DNA of 40,447 nt from Craspedostauros australis (Eukaryota), in the NCBI GenBank assembly GCA_030167865.1, contig JALAGF010001217.1, positions 1 through 40,447 of the forward strand, written 5' to 3'. The position numbers and the translations under genes are program-made. Below, piece by piece: positions 23,050 to 34,053 of the stretch. A model generated the notes under the pieces. That model ran no database searches, was not told where the DNA came from, and saw only the letters and a program-made list of their open reading frames with translations. Position 1 is the stretch's first letter. The number at the start of each line of letters is the position of its first letter.

Positions 23050-24243
23050 TTATCGGTCAACCTCCCCAAATACAATATCTTGGGTACCTATAATTGTGAC
23101 AACATCAGCAATCATATGACCTCTTGACATCATATCAAGCCCTTGCAAGTGAGCAAAACCAGGCGCTTTTATTTTACATCTATAAGGCTTACTAGAATTA
23201 TTTGATATAAGATATACACCAAATTCACCTTTTGGAGCTTCTGTACCAACATAGGTTTCACTACTAGGTACGTTTATACCATTGGTAAAAAATTTAAAAT
23301 GGTGAATCAGAGCTTCCATAGATTGCTTCATATCAAATCTAGAAGGTGGTGTCACCTTGTAATCAGAAGATTTTATAGATCCTGCAGGTAACTGATCAAG
23401 ACATTGTTCAATAATAAATAAAGATTGCTTCATTTCAAATAATCGAATCAAGTATCGATCATAACAATCACCATTACTCCCAGAAAGAGTCTGAAATTCA
23501 AGTTTATTATAAATCTCGTATGGTTGAGTTTTTCGAACATCCCACTCTAACCCAGAGCCACGTAACATAACACCACTAAAACCCCAATTTAAAGCATCGT
23601 CTAGTGAAACAACGCCAATATCCACCAACCTTTGTTTCCAAATTCGATTATCAGTAAGCATCTCTTCAATCTCTACTAAACGCAGTTTGAATTGCTCCTT
23701 AAATAAATAAATGTCCGTCAATAAACCTTTAGGTAGGTCAGTATGAACACCACCCGGCCGAAAATATGCAGCATGCATCCGCGCACCTGAAACACGTTCA
23801 TAAAATTCCATCAACTTTTCTCTCTCTTCAAATCCCCACAAAAAGGGAGTCATTGCCCCAACGTCCATTGCATGGCAACCTACAGCTAACAAATGATTCA
23901 AAATCCGTGTGATTTCTGCAAACAAAACTCGAATATATTGAGCTCGCTCTGGAATTTGGCAATTTACTAATTTTTCAATGGCTAAGCAATACGTATGCTC
24001 TTGTGACATCATTGAAACATAATCAAGCCTATCAAAATAAGGTAATGCTTGAAGATAATTTTTGTACTCAATTAATTTTTCAGTACCCCTGTGTAACAAA
24101 CCAATATGAGGCTCTGCCCTTTCAACAACTTCGCCTGTTAGTTCTAGAACTAACCTAAGAACACCATGCGCTGCAGGGTGTTGTGGACCAAAGTTTATTG
24201 TGAAATTCTTAATATCTTTTACTAAATCTTTTTTTAAACTCAT
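23050..24243 (-). CDS. nad7: NADH dehydrogenase subunit 7
   Basis: [34 protein letters not shown]. Confidence 0.99.
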   Translation of the reverse strand: MSLKKDLVKDIKNFTINFGPQHPAAHGVLRLVLELTGEVVERAEPHIGLLHRGTEKLIEYKNYLQALPYFDRLDYVSMMSQEHTYCLAIEKLVNCQIPERAQYIRVLFAEITRILNHLLAVGCHAMDVGAMTPFLWGFEEREKLMEFYERVSGARMHAAYFRPGGVHTDLPKGLLTDIYLFKEQFKLRLVEIEEMLTDNRIWKQRLVDIGVVSLDDALNWGFSGVMLRGSGLEWDVRKTQPYEIYNKLEFQTLSGSNGDCYDRYLIRLFEMKQSLFIIEQCLDQLPAGSIKSSDYKVTPPSRFDMKQSMEALIHHFKFFTNGINVPSSETYVGTEAPKGEFGVYLISNNSSKPYRCKIKAPGFAHLQGLDMMSRGHMIADVVTIIGTQDIVFGEVDR

Positions 24244-24258
24244 ACAACAATAAATTCT

Positions 24259-24332
24259 TAAGCCTAAATAGATTTGAACTACTGACTTTACGCTTATCAG
24301 GCGTACACTCTAACCAACTGAGTTATAGGCTT
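24259..24332 (-). tRNA. trnI: tRNA-Ile(GAU)
   Basis: TACGC-CTGATAA-GCGTA. Confidence 0.96.
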
Positions 24333-24340
24333 ATCTTGTA

Positions 24341-25117
24341 TTAGAATAATTTTGAAACAACAAAATAGTGATACTGTATCGATGGTACAACTAACAATAC
24401 AATAGGCATAAAACCATGATTTACACCACAAATTTCACTGCATTGACCAAAAAACATACCGATTCGTTTAAGAAACACATTGACTTGATTTAAACGACCT
24501 GGGCAGGCATCAACTTTCACACCAAACGATGGTATTGCCCAGCTATGTAAAACATCCACAGAAGTTACTAATAACCGCAAATGTGTGTTAGATGGCAGTA
24601 AGACTCGTTTATTAGTCTCTAATAGCCTAAAAAAGCCTAGGTAATTTTTTTGTGAAATACTTTCCTCAGCAAGCAAATAACAAGTATACTTTAATGTCTT
24701 ATCAGATTCCATACAAGTCGCCATGGTGTCAAAATCAGAAATCTCATAACTCCAATACCATTGATGCCCAATAATTTTTATTGAAATTTCAGGAGTTGAA
24801 ATTTCATCCATAGAATAAAGTAAAGTAAATGAAGGAGATGCAAGATTTAACAGTGTTAAAGCTGGTAAAGAAGTCCATACAATTTCTAAAACATTTGAGT
24901 GAAAAAAGCTTTGACTTTTTGGATTATTAAATTCATCATAATTAGAAATAGTTGCAAACATTAACCAAGCAACTAACACTACGATAATAGTTATAACAAA
25001 CAATAAATGTTTGTTAAACTCTAATAAGCCTTCCATTGTGGTGGTAGAAGGATCTTGTAATCTTAATTGAACGAGCTCTGGAGCATCGCATAGAAAGAAA
25101 ATTTTTTCTGTAATCAT
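24341..25117 (-). CDS. cox2: Cytochrome c oxidase subunit 2
   Basis: GHQWYWSYE, DVLHSW, CSEICGVNHGFM. Confidence 0.99.
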   Translation of the reverse strand: MITEKIFFLCDAPELVQLRLQDPSTTTMEGLLEFNKHLLFVITIIVVLVAWLMFATISNYDEFNNPKSQSFFHSNVLEIVWTSLPALTLLNLASPSFTLLYSMDEISTPEISIKIIGHQWYWSYEISDFDTMATCMESDKTLKYTCYLLAEESISQKNYLGFFRLLETNKRVLLPSNTHLRLLVTSVDVLHSWAIPSFGVKVDACPGRLNQVNVFLKRIGMFFGQCSEICGVNHGFMPIVLLVVPSIQYHYFVVSKLF

Positions 25118-25132
25118 AATTACTAAGAGATT

Positions 25133-27142
25133 TTAACTATTCAAGTCACTAATAAAAAATAAAGACCCTAAAAATAAAACCAAAACCCTTAAATCAAAAT
25201 TATAATAGAATAGTATGTAAAATTGACGCAAACAAAAAGCGCTAACTAAACCAATTAAAATAATTAAAGTGTAATGGTAAACAGATCCTGTTTGCAATTT
25301 ATGTAACGAAATAGACATTCGTGACGCAACATTTGATAAACCAGTTGGACCAAGAATTTCAAGAGGGGCTCGATCAACTAATTTATAACTAACAGAATAG
25401 CCAAACCTAAAGAAGAATTGGCCAATCAATTCGTTGTAGATCTTATCAAAGAACCACTTTTTATTTAAAAAACTGTAAGCCTTTCTCCCAATATATGTTG
25501 TTTTCAATCTATAAAGAAACTCACCCTGAAAATTGTATAATATGAAAGCTGAAATAGAACCTAGTAAACTTAAACTTACAGGTAGAATTTTATAAAAAAA
25601 TTCTATAAACTCAGCGTCAAATACATGGAGAGTCCGCGGATTATTGTATATAGCAGGACCAAAAAAATCAGAACCCACACCTACCATAAAGTCTTTGGTT
25701 AAAAAACCTATTAACACACTAGGAACAGCCAAAAAACAAAGTGCTAAAAACATTGTACTAAAAGTTTCCTGAGCAAATCCTACTACCGTTTTATAACCAT
25801 TTGGCTTGACTAAAAATGTTAAACAAAGAAGCCGCATTGAATAGAAAGCCGTTAAAAAAGCTCCGAAAGTACCTAAGAAGTAGCTAAAATGACTGTGTGG
25901 GGTAAACTTACCATAGGAAACCTCTAAAATTAAATCTTTCGAATAAAAACCTGCTAAGAACGGGAAACCTATTAATGCCAATGAACCAATAACCACAATT
26001 GAATAAGTAAAAGGAACTAACTTCTTTAATCCTCCCATTTTTCTCATATCCTGCTCGTCATTGACGGCATGTATCACAGCCCCTGCAGCAAGAAATAAGA
26101 GAGCTTTGAAAAACGCATGATTGGATAAGTGAAAAATACCCACGGAGTAATCAGAAAGGCCACAAGAAAAAACCATATAACCTAATTGACTACACGTCGA
26201 ATAAGCAATAACCCTTTTCAAATCATTTTGCAAAAGCCCAACACTTGAAGCAAAAAAAGCTGTCATGGCACCTAAAATAGTGATAAACTCAAGTACTTCA
26301 GGTGTATATTCATAAATGAAAGAAGTTCGAGCTATTAAAAAAACACCTGCCGTAACCATTGTCGCAGCATGAATAAGTGCAGAAACAGGAGTAGGCCCTT
26401 CCATAGCATCAGGTAACCAAGTATGAAGACCGAGTTGAGCAGATTTCCCCATCGCGCCTAAAAATAGAAACAAGCCTACCACCGCTAATACATTTAAATC
26501 AAAATTTAAAAAATTTATAGTATGATTCTTAAATAAAGGAGTTAGCGCAGCAACTGTAGAATAATCTACAGCTTTGTAATTTGTAAAAATCACAAGTATG
26601 CCTATAATTAAACAGAAATCCCCAATCCGATTTAATACCATTGCTTTAATAGCTGCTTTATTAGCCTGAACTCTAGTGAACCAAAAATTAATAAGAAGAT
26701 ATGAACAAAGGCCAACACCCTCCCAGCCTAAAAACATTTGAATAAAATTATCGGCTGTAATAAGTATAAGCATAAAAAAAGTAAAAAGAGATAGATATGA
26801 CATAAACCTCGGCAAATGAGGATCATGTGACATATATTCTGTAGAGTACAAATGAACTAACGATGAAACGAAAGTAACAACTATGCACATAACTACAGTA
26901 AGGCTATCAAACATGAATCCCCAATTAATAAGTAACACTTCAGAGCTTAACCATGTACCAAGACGAACATAAGTAACACTACCCATAAGACCAACTTCAT
27001 AAAATGCGATCAATGAAAACAAAAGAGTAAAAATCAGACAGCCCGTTGTTATAAAAGAAGCGCCACGAGGACCAATATATCTGCCGAATAATCCAGCTGT
27101 ACTAAAACCAATTAAAGATAAAAAAACTAATAAAATATACAT
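25133..27142 (-). CDS. nad5: NADH dehydrogenase subunit 5
   Basis: GWEGVGLCSYLLI, KSAQLGLHTWLPDAMEGPTPVSALIHAATMV; ATG at 27142. Confidence 0.99.
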   Translation of the reverse strand: MYILLVFLSLIGFSTAGLFGRYIGPRGASFITTGCLIFTLLFSLIAFYEVGLMGSVTYVRLGTWLSSEVLLINWGFMFDSLTVVMCIVVTFVSSLVHLYSTEYMSHDPHLPRFMSYLSLFTFFMLILITADNFIQMFLGWEGVGLCSYLLINFWFTRVQANKAAIKAMVLNRIGDFCLIIGILVIFTNYKAVDYSTVAALTPLFKNHTINFLNFDLNVLAVVGLFLFLGAMGKSAQLGLHTWLPDAMEGPTPVSALIHAATMVTAGVFLIARTSFIYEYTPEVLEFITILGAMTAFFASSVGLLQNDLKRVIAYSTCSQLGYMVFSCGLSDYSVGIFHLSNHAFFKALLFLAAGAVIHAVNDEQDMRKMGGLKKLVPFTYSIVVIGSLALIGFPFLAGFYSKDLILEVSYGKFTPHSHFSYFLGTFGAFLTAFYSMRLLCLTFLVKPNGYKTVVGFAQETFSTMFLALCFLAVPSVLIGFLTKDFMVGVGSDFFGPAIYNNPRTLHVFDAEFIEFFYKILPVSLSLLGSISAFILYNFQGEFLYRLKTTYIGRKAYSFLNKKWFFDKIYNELIGQFFFRFGYSVSYKLVDRAPLEILGPTGLSNVASRMSISLHKLQTGSVYHYTLIILIGLVSAFCLRQFYILFYYNFDLRVLVLFLGSLFFISDLNS

Positions 27143-27176
27143 TTTACTATTACTAAAGCATCTCACCTCAGATAAT

Positions 27177-27250
27177 TACGTCTTAAAGGAATTGAACCTT
27201 TGACCGTCAGCTTAGAAGGCTGTTGCTCTATCCAACTGAGCTAAAGACGC
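27177..27250 (-). tRNA. trnR: tRNA-Arg(UCU)
   Basis: CAGC-CTTCTAA-GCTG. Confidence 0.95.
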
Positions 27251-27257
27251 TAACAAA

Positions 27258-27734
27258 CTACAATTTTAGCAAATCACTTTGGAGAATTAACTCACCTGAG
27301 GAATCGAATAAATACATTAGTTGGAATGCATTAATTTTTAAAATCTCTTTTTTTTGATCAAAAAACTTCACAGAACCGTGCGAAGACCTTATCGCAAAGA
27401 GAGCTCCATTAATTCCATAGGTTTTTTCAAGAGAAAATTTGATACGTAATTTTACTCCCGGAGAAATATGCTCTTGAATTTTTTTAATATTAACTAAATC
27501 TCGTAACGATTGAAAAGAAACACGTCGGATAGATTTTGAGAAAATTCGAAACTCAAACTTTTCTTGCGCTGACTTATTTACATGAGGAGATTTCAGAACA
27601 GTTACCACTTTCTTTATTCTTTTATCAGAAAATAATTTTAAAAATAAAGTTGACATTGGAGACTCACAAAGCACTTTCAAAAAATTACACAAGACTCTTT
27701 TATCTTTTGCAGATATTTTTATCGAAAAAAACAT
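27258..27734 (-). CDS. rps10: Ribosomal protein S10
   Basis: VTVLKSPHVNKSAQEKFE. Confidence 0.93.
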   Translation of the reverse strand: MFFSIKISAKDKRVLCNFLKVLCESPMSTLFLKLFSDKRIKKVVTVLKSPHVNKSAQEKFEFRIFSKSIRRVSFQSLRDLVNIKKIQEHISPGVKLRIKFSLEKTYGINGALFAIRSSHGSVKFFDQKKEILKINAFQLMYLFDSSGELILQSDLLKL

Positions 27735-27767
27735 AATTTAATTTATAGACAAACCATATTGAAGATA

Positions 27768-27855
27768 TGGAAGAAGTGGGATTCGAACCCACGATACAGA
27801 ATTACTGTATAAAGATTTAGCAGATCTTCGCTATAAGCCACTCAGCCATTCCTCC
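27768..27855 (-). tRNA. trnS: tRNA-Ser(GCU)
   Basis: AAGAT-CTGCTAA-ATCTT, long variable arm. Confidence 0.95.
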
Positions 27856-27865
27856 ATTTTTGTAG

Positions 27866-29779
27866 TTAAAACCCAACACTTAAAGCAACCCGATAAAAGA
27901 TAAGATACAAAATCTTTGGATTTAGGCATAAAATTATCAAAGAAAATGATAATAGAACCAATAAAATAGCTTTTTGCGTAATAATAGGGTGATACAATCT
28001 ACCAACTAAAATATTTTCAAAATATAATAGCTTAATTATACGGATGTAATAAAAAGTAGAAGTTATACTCAATAAAATAGCGATTACTGCCACACCGTAA
28101 GCGGACGCTTGAACAACTGTCAAAAACACGCCAACTTTTGCCAAAAAACCAATTAAAGGTGGTATTCCTGCTATAGAAAATAATGTCATTGCAAAAATCA
28201 AAGCTAAAACAGGATTAGACTCTCTTAGAAGAACAAAATCACTCAATTCTTTATTATGCTTTCTAAAATAAACCATTTGATTTCGCTTGAGAAAGAGGTA
28301 CACAGACCAAAAACATAACCCTGATACCATAAAAATAACTAAGTAATATAAGATAATTTGAAAACTTTCTGATGTGCTCATACTAAAAGCCAGAAATAAA
28401 TAACCAGTATGACTGACAGAACTATACGCCATTAACGTTTTTAATTTACGTTGCTCTAAACCGCCTATGGAACCTACAAAAATGCTTAACACGCCAATTA
28501 AAATAAAATAATTTTGATAATTTTCAACAGCGATACTATAAAAGGTAGAATAACATAAACGCATCAATAAAACGAACAAGGCTATTTTAGGTATCACTGC
28601 AAAAAACACAGTTGTAGAATTTGGGGAACCTTCATATACATCAAGTGACCATAGATGAAACGGAGCTAACGCAAGTTTTATAAAAATACTAATGCAAATA
28701 AGTAAAAAACCTATATACGCGATCTCTAATTCAGCGAAACTTTTATCTAAGTCAAAAAAATAAGCGTCTATCATTAAATCAAATAAGTTTAACAGTATAG
28801 GTAATATAGAGCTGGTACTATATCCAAAACTAGAAATCACTTCATTATTAATAACACGTGTCCAATAATGCAAATTTACAAAACAACCCTCTAAAAATGC
28901 AGTGCTCTGAAAAGACAAGTTTATATCGGATAAAATAAAATAATTTATTTGTGGGTTTTCTTTAGTATAAATCAAATCAACTAAGTCATGTTTTATATCA
29001 ACGTTAACTATGCTAGAAACACCTAAATTACTTAAATTTATAACATCGCTAACAGTCGAACCTAATTCGGCACTAAAAACAACTACACCAATATTGTTAG
29101 AAGATACAACAGATGACCCCGATACTAGACCACTGTTAATAGAAAAGAGAACAGATCGAAGACCATCAAAATTTAAAGTACCTAATGAGCCGTATAGAAG
29201 AGAAGACCCAAATAAAAAAAAAGCAGAAGATAGTGAACCTATAATAAAATATTTTAAACCGCTCTCGATAGAATATGCTGAATTTTTTTTAAATGCAGCC
29301 ATTAAATAAAATGCAATACTATGCAACTCGATAGAAAGATAAGCTGTTATTAAATCGTTAGAAGAACACAAAAGCAATAAACCAAGTACTGAAATTAAAA
29401 TCAAAACTAAATATTCAAAATTGTTATAGATTAATTCATCTTTATAAGATAATTTTACCATTAACAAAAAAAATACTGACAATAAACAAATAACGAACTT
29501 CACGTTAAAGCTCAAAAAGTCATTGATCACAGAATTACTACCTATCATTAAATCAGCTAAAAATAAGCCTTCATTAAAGTAAAGCAACGACGTGAGAACC
29601 AAAATAAGAATACCGATACTATAAATCTGTTGACTTAAAATAACATAACCATGCTTTCGTTGATATGCAGTTCCTATTGCATAAAATGTCAGTTGAAGTA
29701 CAGAACAGCTTAAGAAAAACTCTGCAGAAAGAGTCATTTCTTTTAAATGATACATTTGAAATAATTGAAATTCAGTCAT
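27866..29779 (-). CDS. nad2: NADH dehydrogenase subunit 2 (637 aa, large internal insertion)
   Basis: ESGLKYFIIGSLSS, KLALAPFHLWSLDVYEGSP, SIAGIPPLIGFLAK. Confidence 0.97.
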   Translation of the reverse strand: MTEFQLFQMYHLKEMTLSAEFFLSCSVLQLTFYAIGTAYQRKHGYVILSQQIYSIGILILVLTSLLYFNEGLFLADLMIGSNSVINDFLSFNVKFVICLLSVFFLLMVKLSYKDELIYNNFEYLVLILISVLGLLLLCSSNDLITAYLSIELHSIAFYLMAAFKKNSAYSIESGLKYFIIGSLSSAFFLFGSSLLYGSLGTLNFDGLRSVLFSINSGLVSGSSVVSSNNIGVVVFSAELGSTVSDVINLSNLGVSSIVNVDIKHDLVDLIYTKENPQINYFILSDINLSFQSTAFLEGCFVNLHYWTRVINNEVISSFGYSTSSILPILLNLFDLMIDAYFFDLDKSFAELEIAYIGFLLICISIFIKLALAPFHLWSLDVYEGSPNSTTVFFAVIPKIALFVLLMRLCYSTFYSIAVENYQNYFILIGVLSIFVGSIGGLEQRKLKTLMAYSSVSHTGYLFLAFSMSTSESFQIILYYLVIFMVSGLCFWSVYLFLKRNQMVYFRKHNKELSDFVLLRESNPVLALIFAMTLFSIAGIPPLIGFLAKVGVFLTVVQASAYGVAVIAILLSITSTFYYIRIIKLLYFENILVGRLYHPIITQKAILLVLLSFSLIILCLNPKILYLIFYRVALSVGF

Positions 29780-29786
29780 ATTAATT

Positions 29787-29845
29787 AGCCAAGATCAGGA
29801 ATCGAACCTGATGTGAAACCGAAAACAGAGTTTTGTATTCTTGGC
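29787..29845 (-). other. tRNA-like minihelix (t-element) between cob and nad2
   Basis: GCCAAGA/TCTTGGC 7-bp acceptor stem + TCAGG-TTCGATT-CCTGA T arm; 27-nt linker without canonical D or anticodon arm. Confidence 0.75.
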
Positions 29846-29855
29846 ATTGATCTCA

Positions 29856-31109
29856 TTATACTATTTTAACGTCCATTAATTTTGTCTCTATTAAACCAAT
29901 AATAGGTATAATGATAATAAAAAAGGCAAAATAATAAATAGATGCATATTGCCCAAGAGCTATAAACGGATCTGTTATTGGAGCCTGACCAATCCACATC
30001 AATGCAACAAAATCAGCCACTAATAACCAATAAAATATTTTGAACAAAGGTCGGTAAGTGGTGTTTCTTATATAACCTGTGTAATTGAATGGAATCAACA
30101 GTAAAACTAAAATAGAGCCTCCCATAGCAACAATACCAGCAACTTTATGAGGAATAGATCTTAGAATAGCATAAAAGGGTAAAAAATACCATTCAGGCAC
30201 AAGATGTTTAGGTGTCTCCATTGGATCAGCTGGAATACAATTGTCTGGATGATTCAATAAATTTGGGAAAAAAAACACAAATGTACCAAAAAATAGCAAG
30301 AAGCAAGTAAATGCAAACAAATCTTTTGAAAAATAATAAGGATAAAAAGGTATATCATCTACACCAGTATCCGATCCTATAGGACTCGTAGACCCATCTT
30401 TATGCAGTAAAGCCAAATGTATTAAAGTAATACCAGAAATGATAAATGGTAATAAGAAATGAACACTATAGAATCTTCGTAAGGTAGGTGCATTTACTGT
30501 AAAACCACCCCACAACCATTCAACTATCGTCTGACCCCCGAAAGGGATAGCGGTTACCATATTAGTAATAACAGTTGCCCCCCAAAAACTCATTTGACCC
30601 CAAGGTAAAACATAACCCGTAAAAGCGGTACCCATAATCAGTAAAAGTAAAATAACACCAGAACACCACAAGAGTTGTCTCGGTTTCATATATGAACCAT
30701 AATAAAGACCTCTGAAAATGTGACTGTATACAGCAATAAAAAACATTGACGCACCATTTGCATGAACATATCTAATAAACCACCCGTTAGGAACATCACG
30801 CATAATATACTCTACACTAGCAAAAGCCAAATCAATATCTGCTAAATAGTGTGTTGATAGCAAAGTACCAGAGATAATCTGTATAACCAAACATATACCT
30901 GCTAATGAACCAAAACTCCAAGCATATGTTAAACCAATGGGTGTTGGGTAGTGAATTAAATGACAATCTACGAAGCCCAAAAGATAATTTTTATTCCATC
31001 GAAATTTATTTAATGAAACATTATGAGCTCGGATTCTAGTAGCTAAAGCTGTTTGCTTGATAAGTGTATTTGCACTTAAATCGTTTTTATTTAAAAAATT
31101 AATAGTCAT
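29856..31109 (-). CDS. cob: Apocytochrome b
   Basis: [41 protein letters not shown]. Confidence 0.99.
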   Translation of the reverse strand: MTINFLNKNDLSANTLIKQTALATRIRAHNVSLNKFRWNKNYLLGFVDCHLIHYPTPIGLTYAWSFGSLAGICLVIQIISGTLLSTHYLADIDLAFASVEYIMRDVPNGWFIRYVHANGASMFFIAVYSHIFRGLYYGSYMKPRQLLWCSGVILLLLIMGTAFTGYVLPWGQMSFWGATVITNMVTAIPFGGQTIVEWLWGGFTVNAPTLRRFYSVHFLLPFIISGITLIHLALLHKDGSTSPIGSDTGVDDIPFYPYYFSKDLFAFTCFLLFFGTFVFFFPNLLNHPDNCIPADPMETPKHLVPEWYFLPFYAILRSIPHKVAGIVAMGGSILVLLLIPFNYTGYIRNTTYRPLFKIFYWLLVADFVALMWIGQAPITDPFIALGQYASIYYFAFFIIIIPIIGLIETKLMDVKIV

Positions 31110-31124
31110 TGCACTAACTCGACT

Positions 31125-31985
31125 TTAAACAAATAAAGTCACAGATAATGTTTGAGGCTCCAAATTTCCCCACCAATAAATGTTGATAAACAAAAATAGC
31201 CATACCACATCAACAAAATGCCAATACCAAATCGCTGATTCAAAACCAAAGTGATGCGTATCAGTTGAGTGATTCAAGACTATTCTGACAAATGACACAA
31301 ATAAAGCAACAGACCCTGCAAAAACATGGAAACCGTGAAACCCTGTCGCCATATAAAAACAAGACCCATAAATTCCATCACTTATATTAAAAGGAGCAGA
31401 AACATACTCCAAACCTTGAAAATAAGTAAATAAAATAGCCAGTATTAGTGTGTAAATAAGCGCAACAATTGTCTGTCTTTTTGCTCTAAGAATAATTGCA
31501 TGATGAGCCCAGGTTACAGTAGCCCCAGAACTTAAAAGTAGAAAAGTATTCGTAAGGGGTATCGTATAAGTATCCATAGAAACTATGGATTTAGGAGGCC
31601 AAACGCCTCCAATATTAAATACAGGAGACAAACTTGAATGGAAAAATGACCAAAAGAATGCAAAAAAAAACATGATTTCTGACACAATAAAAAGCACCAT
31701 ACCAAGCCGCAAACCTCGTTGTACAACAAAAGTATGCTGCTCTTCATAAGTAGCTTCTCTAACAATATCACGCCACCAAACATACATTACATACAGAACA
31801 GTTAAAAAACCATTTAAAAACAAAGCCCAGCCCCCCAACATTCTATGCATATACAGAACGAGGCCAATTGTAAGCATAAACCCTCCAAGCGAAGCTAATA
31901 GAGGCCATGGGCTAGGGTCAACCAAGTGAAATTGGTGAGTTGTGTTTAGATATTTAAAATTTAAATTATTTTTTACGTTACTCAT
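31125..31985 (-). CDS. cox3: Cytochrome c oxidase subunit 3
   Basis: HQFHLVDPSPWP, TGFHGFHV, WYWHFVDVVWLFL; first ATG 31985. Confidence 0.98.
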   Translation of the reverse strand: MSNVKNNLNFKYLNTTHQFHLVDPSPWPLLASLGGFMLTIGLVLYMHRMLGGWALFLNGFLTVLYVMYVWWRDIVREATYEEQHTFVVQRGLRLGMVLFIVSEIMFFFAFFWSFFHSSLSPVFNIGGVWPPKSIVSMDTYTIPLTNTFLLLSSGATVTWAHHAIILRAKRQTIVALIYTLILAILFTYFQGLEYVSAPFNISDGIYGSCFYMATGFHGFHVFAGSVALFVSFVRIVLNHSTDTHHFGFESAIWYWHFVDVVWLFLFINIYWWGNLEPQTLSVTLFV

Positions 31986-32003
31986 AATATTTATCAAAGC
32001 TAA

Positions 32004-32441
32004 TTACTTCCAATCAATTGCCCCCACTACCCAAATATAAACAAACCCAACACCAAGTTCTGCTAAAAATTCAATAATAGACCAAAAACTTAGAATGTTA
32101 AGCTGTGACAATGACAAACACCAAGGGAGTAAAAAAATTATCTCAATATCAAATAATAAAAACAAAATCGCAATTGTGTAAAAACGGATATTAAATCTAT
32201 TTCTACTATCCTCATAAGGCTCAAAACCACATTCATAAGTCGACAACTTTTCAGACTCAGGACTTTGAGTGACAAACAAATAAGAAAGACCAACAATTAA
32301 TAAGCCTAAACAAGCACCAAAAATGATATAAATTAAAATACCCAAATATTCTCCTTTAAGCGAAGACAATGATATTAGGCTTAAATTTTCTAGATAATTA
32401 GTGGTTTCAGTAAAGTTTTTTAAAAAAAGATTAGTATTCAT
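32004..32441 (-). CDS. nad3: NADH dehydrogenase subunit 3
   Basis: EKLSTYECGFEP, FLLFDIEIIFLLPW. Confidence 0.98.
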   Translation of the reverse strand: MNTNLFLKNFTETTNYLENLSLISLSSLKGEYLGILIYIIFGACLGLLIVGLSYLFVTQSPESEKLSTYECGFEPYEDSRNRFNIRFYTIAILFLLFDIEIIFLLPWCLSLSQLNILSFWSIIEFLAELGVGFVYIWVVGAIDWK

Positions 32442-32461
32442 AATATATATATATCAAGAAA

Positions 32462-34036
32462 TTAAAAAAAATTAGTCATATTAGCTCGTTGAATTTTGGA
32501 GCAATTAATTAAAGCCGAAGAATTATAGCTATAAAAGTCTTTCCCTGCAGTGTTAAAGAAGTCGTCCAACCAATTTTTCAGTTTTGTATTAAAAATCTTC
32601 ACCCTTTTTGATTTGATTGGTTGCGAAACTGCCAGATAATTTAAAGGTTTTGCTCGCTTAGTTAAAAAGGAACCCATACTGGTAAGGCTTTTCGATGTCT
32701 GAAACTGAAAATGCATAAAATTCTTAAAACTAAACAAGTTGTTACAATTATAATGAATTAGGACGTTATCTTTTTTATTAGTCAATACAACTAATTTTTT
32801 CACTTTGGCGTAAAGCTTTCTAAGAATCTGCCAATTTGTTTTAGCTTCTTTCTTAAAATGAATTGTCTTAGTTACTCGTTTAATCAGCCCTTGCGTGTTT
32901 ATAAAAGTTTCACTATCTTCTAAAAACAAGTTATTTGGTAAGTAATAGTACCGACTTAAATCATTTTCATTAAACTGTAAACAAAACTCTTTACTTAAAT
33001 TGGTATTATTTTGGCTTATAATATTACTATTAGCTTTTAATCTGTTTGGAACAGTTAAATCAAGTAGTTCTAGCTCAGTCAATTGCTTCAGATTCGATAC
33101 AGCACTCACTGAAATATTAATAAAATATAAACCGAAAAAATTGCTAAAATCTTCTGAATTTACCGGAAGGAAATTCGACAAAGAATTCATTCCTGTTGCA
33201 CCTAAATTTGGATTCAATGTATTTAAAGCGTTCCAAGCGCCATTCATTAAGACAACACGCTTCAGTATTTTAAAAATTTCTTTTGCATCATTACGTCGCA
33301 TCGTTTCAGAATTGGATATTAATAAAGGAAATTCTGCATTTTTAAAATCCTGGCAACTTAAATTAGTACCTTCTCCAATTGAACGCAAAATATTCATATT
33401 TGACCCTAAATTATAAACTGGGAATGTCAGATCTACTATAGAATTTAGTACAAACAGTTTAAAATTTCCTTTTAAGAGTCGCTGCCTTAGACTTAAATTT
33501 AAAACGTAACCTTCATAGCGGACATTAGTATTAATCAGCAAACCTAAAGTAGATTTGTTTAGATTATGTTTCCTTGAACTTGAATTAAGTTGATAAAAAC
33601 TTTCCAAATCATTTTTATTGGAGGAAGCTTCTGCTCTACGAAGTTGAATTAATGAAGATTGCCGGCCTAATAAATATAGTATATTCAAGGTTTCTAAACT
33701 AAGATTTTCAAATATGAATAATAACGAAAAGATAGAGCTTTTTTTAAGATAATTTAAATGATCTGTAAAGTACAAAGAATCCATCACTTTTCGGAAAAAT
33801 TCTTGCCAATCTAAATCAGAATGAGATTCTTCAAACATCCCATCAAAAAATAATCGACCACGATCTGTTAACCATGGCATATCAGGATCATTAGGTTCTG
33901 CCAAGAATATCTGATTTTCTCGTATAGAAAGCCGTAAACTGGTCCCAAAACCATCAGTAGGATCAATGCCTTCTCCTTCAATAAACTCCCATTCTCTAAC
34001 CTCATCAGAAAATGTTTTTAGTGTTAACGCTCCCAT
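32462..34036 (-). CDS. nad11b: NADH dehydrogenase subunit 11, C-terminal (molybdopterin-oxidoreductase-like) half
   Basis: MGALTLK..REWE, WLTDRGRLFFDG, NTNVRYEG, LPNNLFLED..FINTQG, NWQILR. Confidence 0.9.
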   Translation of the reverse strand: MGALTLKTFSDEVREWEFIEGEGIDPTDGFGTSLRLSIRENQIFLAEPNDPDMPWLTDRGRLFFDGMFEESHSDLDWQEFFRKVMDSLYFTDHLNYLKKSSIFSLLFIFENLSLETLNILYLLGRQSSLIQLRRAEASSNKNDLESFYQLNSSSRKHNLNKSTLGLLINTNVRYEGYVLNLSLRQRLLKGNFKLFVLNSIVDLTFPVYNLGSNMNILRSIGEGTNLSCQDFKNAEFPLLISNSETMRRNDAKEIFKILKRVVLMNGAWNALNTLNPNLGATGMNSLSNFLPVNSEDFSNFFGLYFINISVSAVSNLKQLTELELLDLTVPNRLKANSNIISQNNTNLSKEFCLQFNENDLSRYYYLPNNLFLEDSETFINTQGLIKRVTKTIHFKKEAKTNWQILRKLYAKVKKLVVLTNKKDNVLIHYNCNNLFSFKNFMHFQFQTSKSLTSMGSFLTKRAKPLNYLAVSQPIKSKRVKIFNTKLKNWLDDFFNTAGKDFYSYNSSALINCSKIQRANMTNFF

Positions 34037-34053
34037 TTATAAAAATTTTATTT

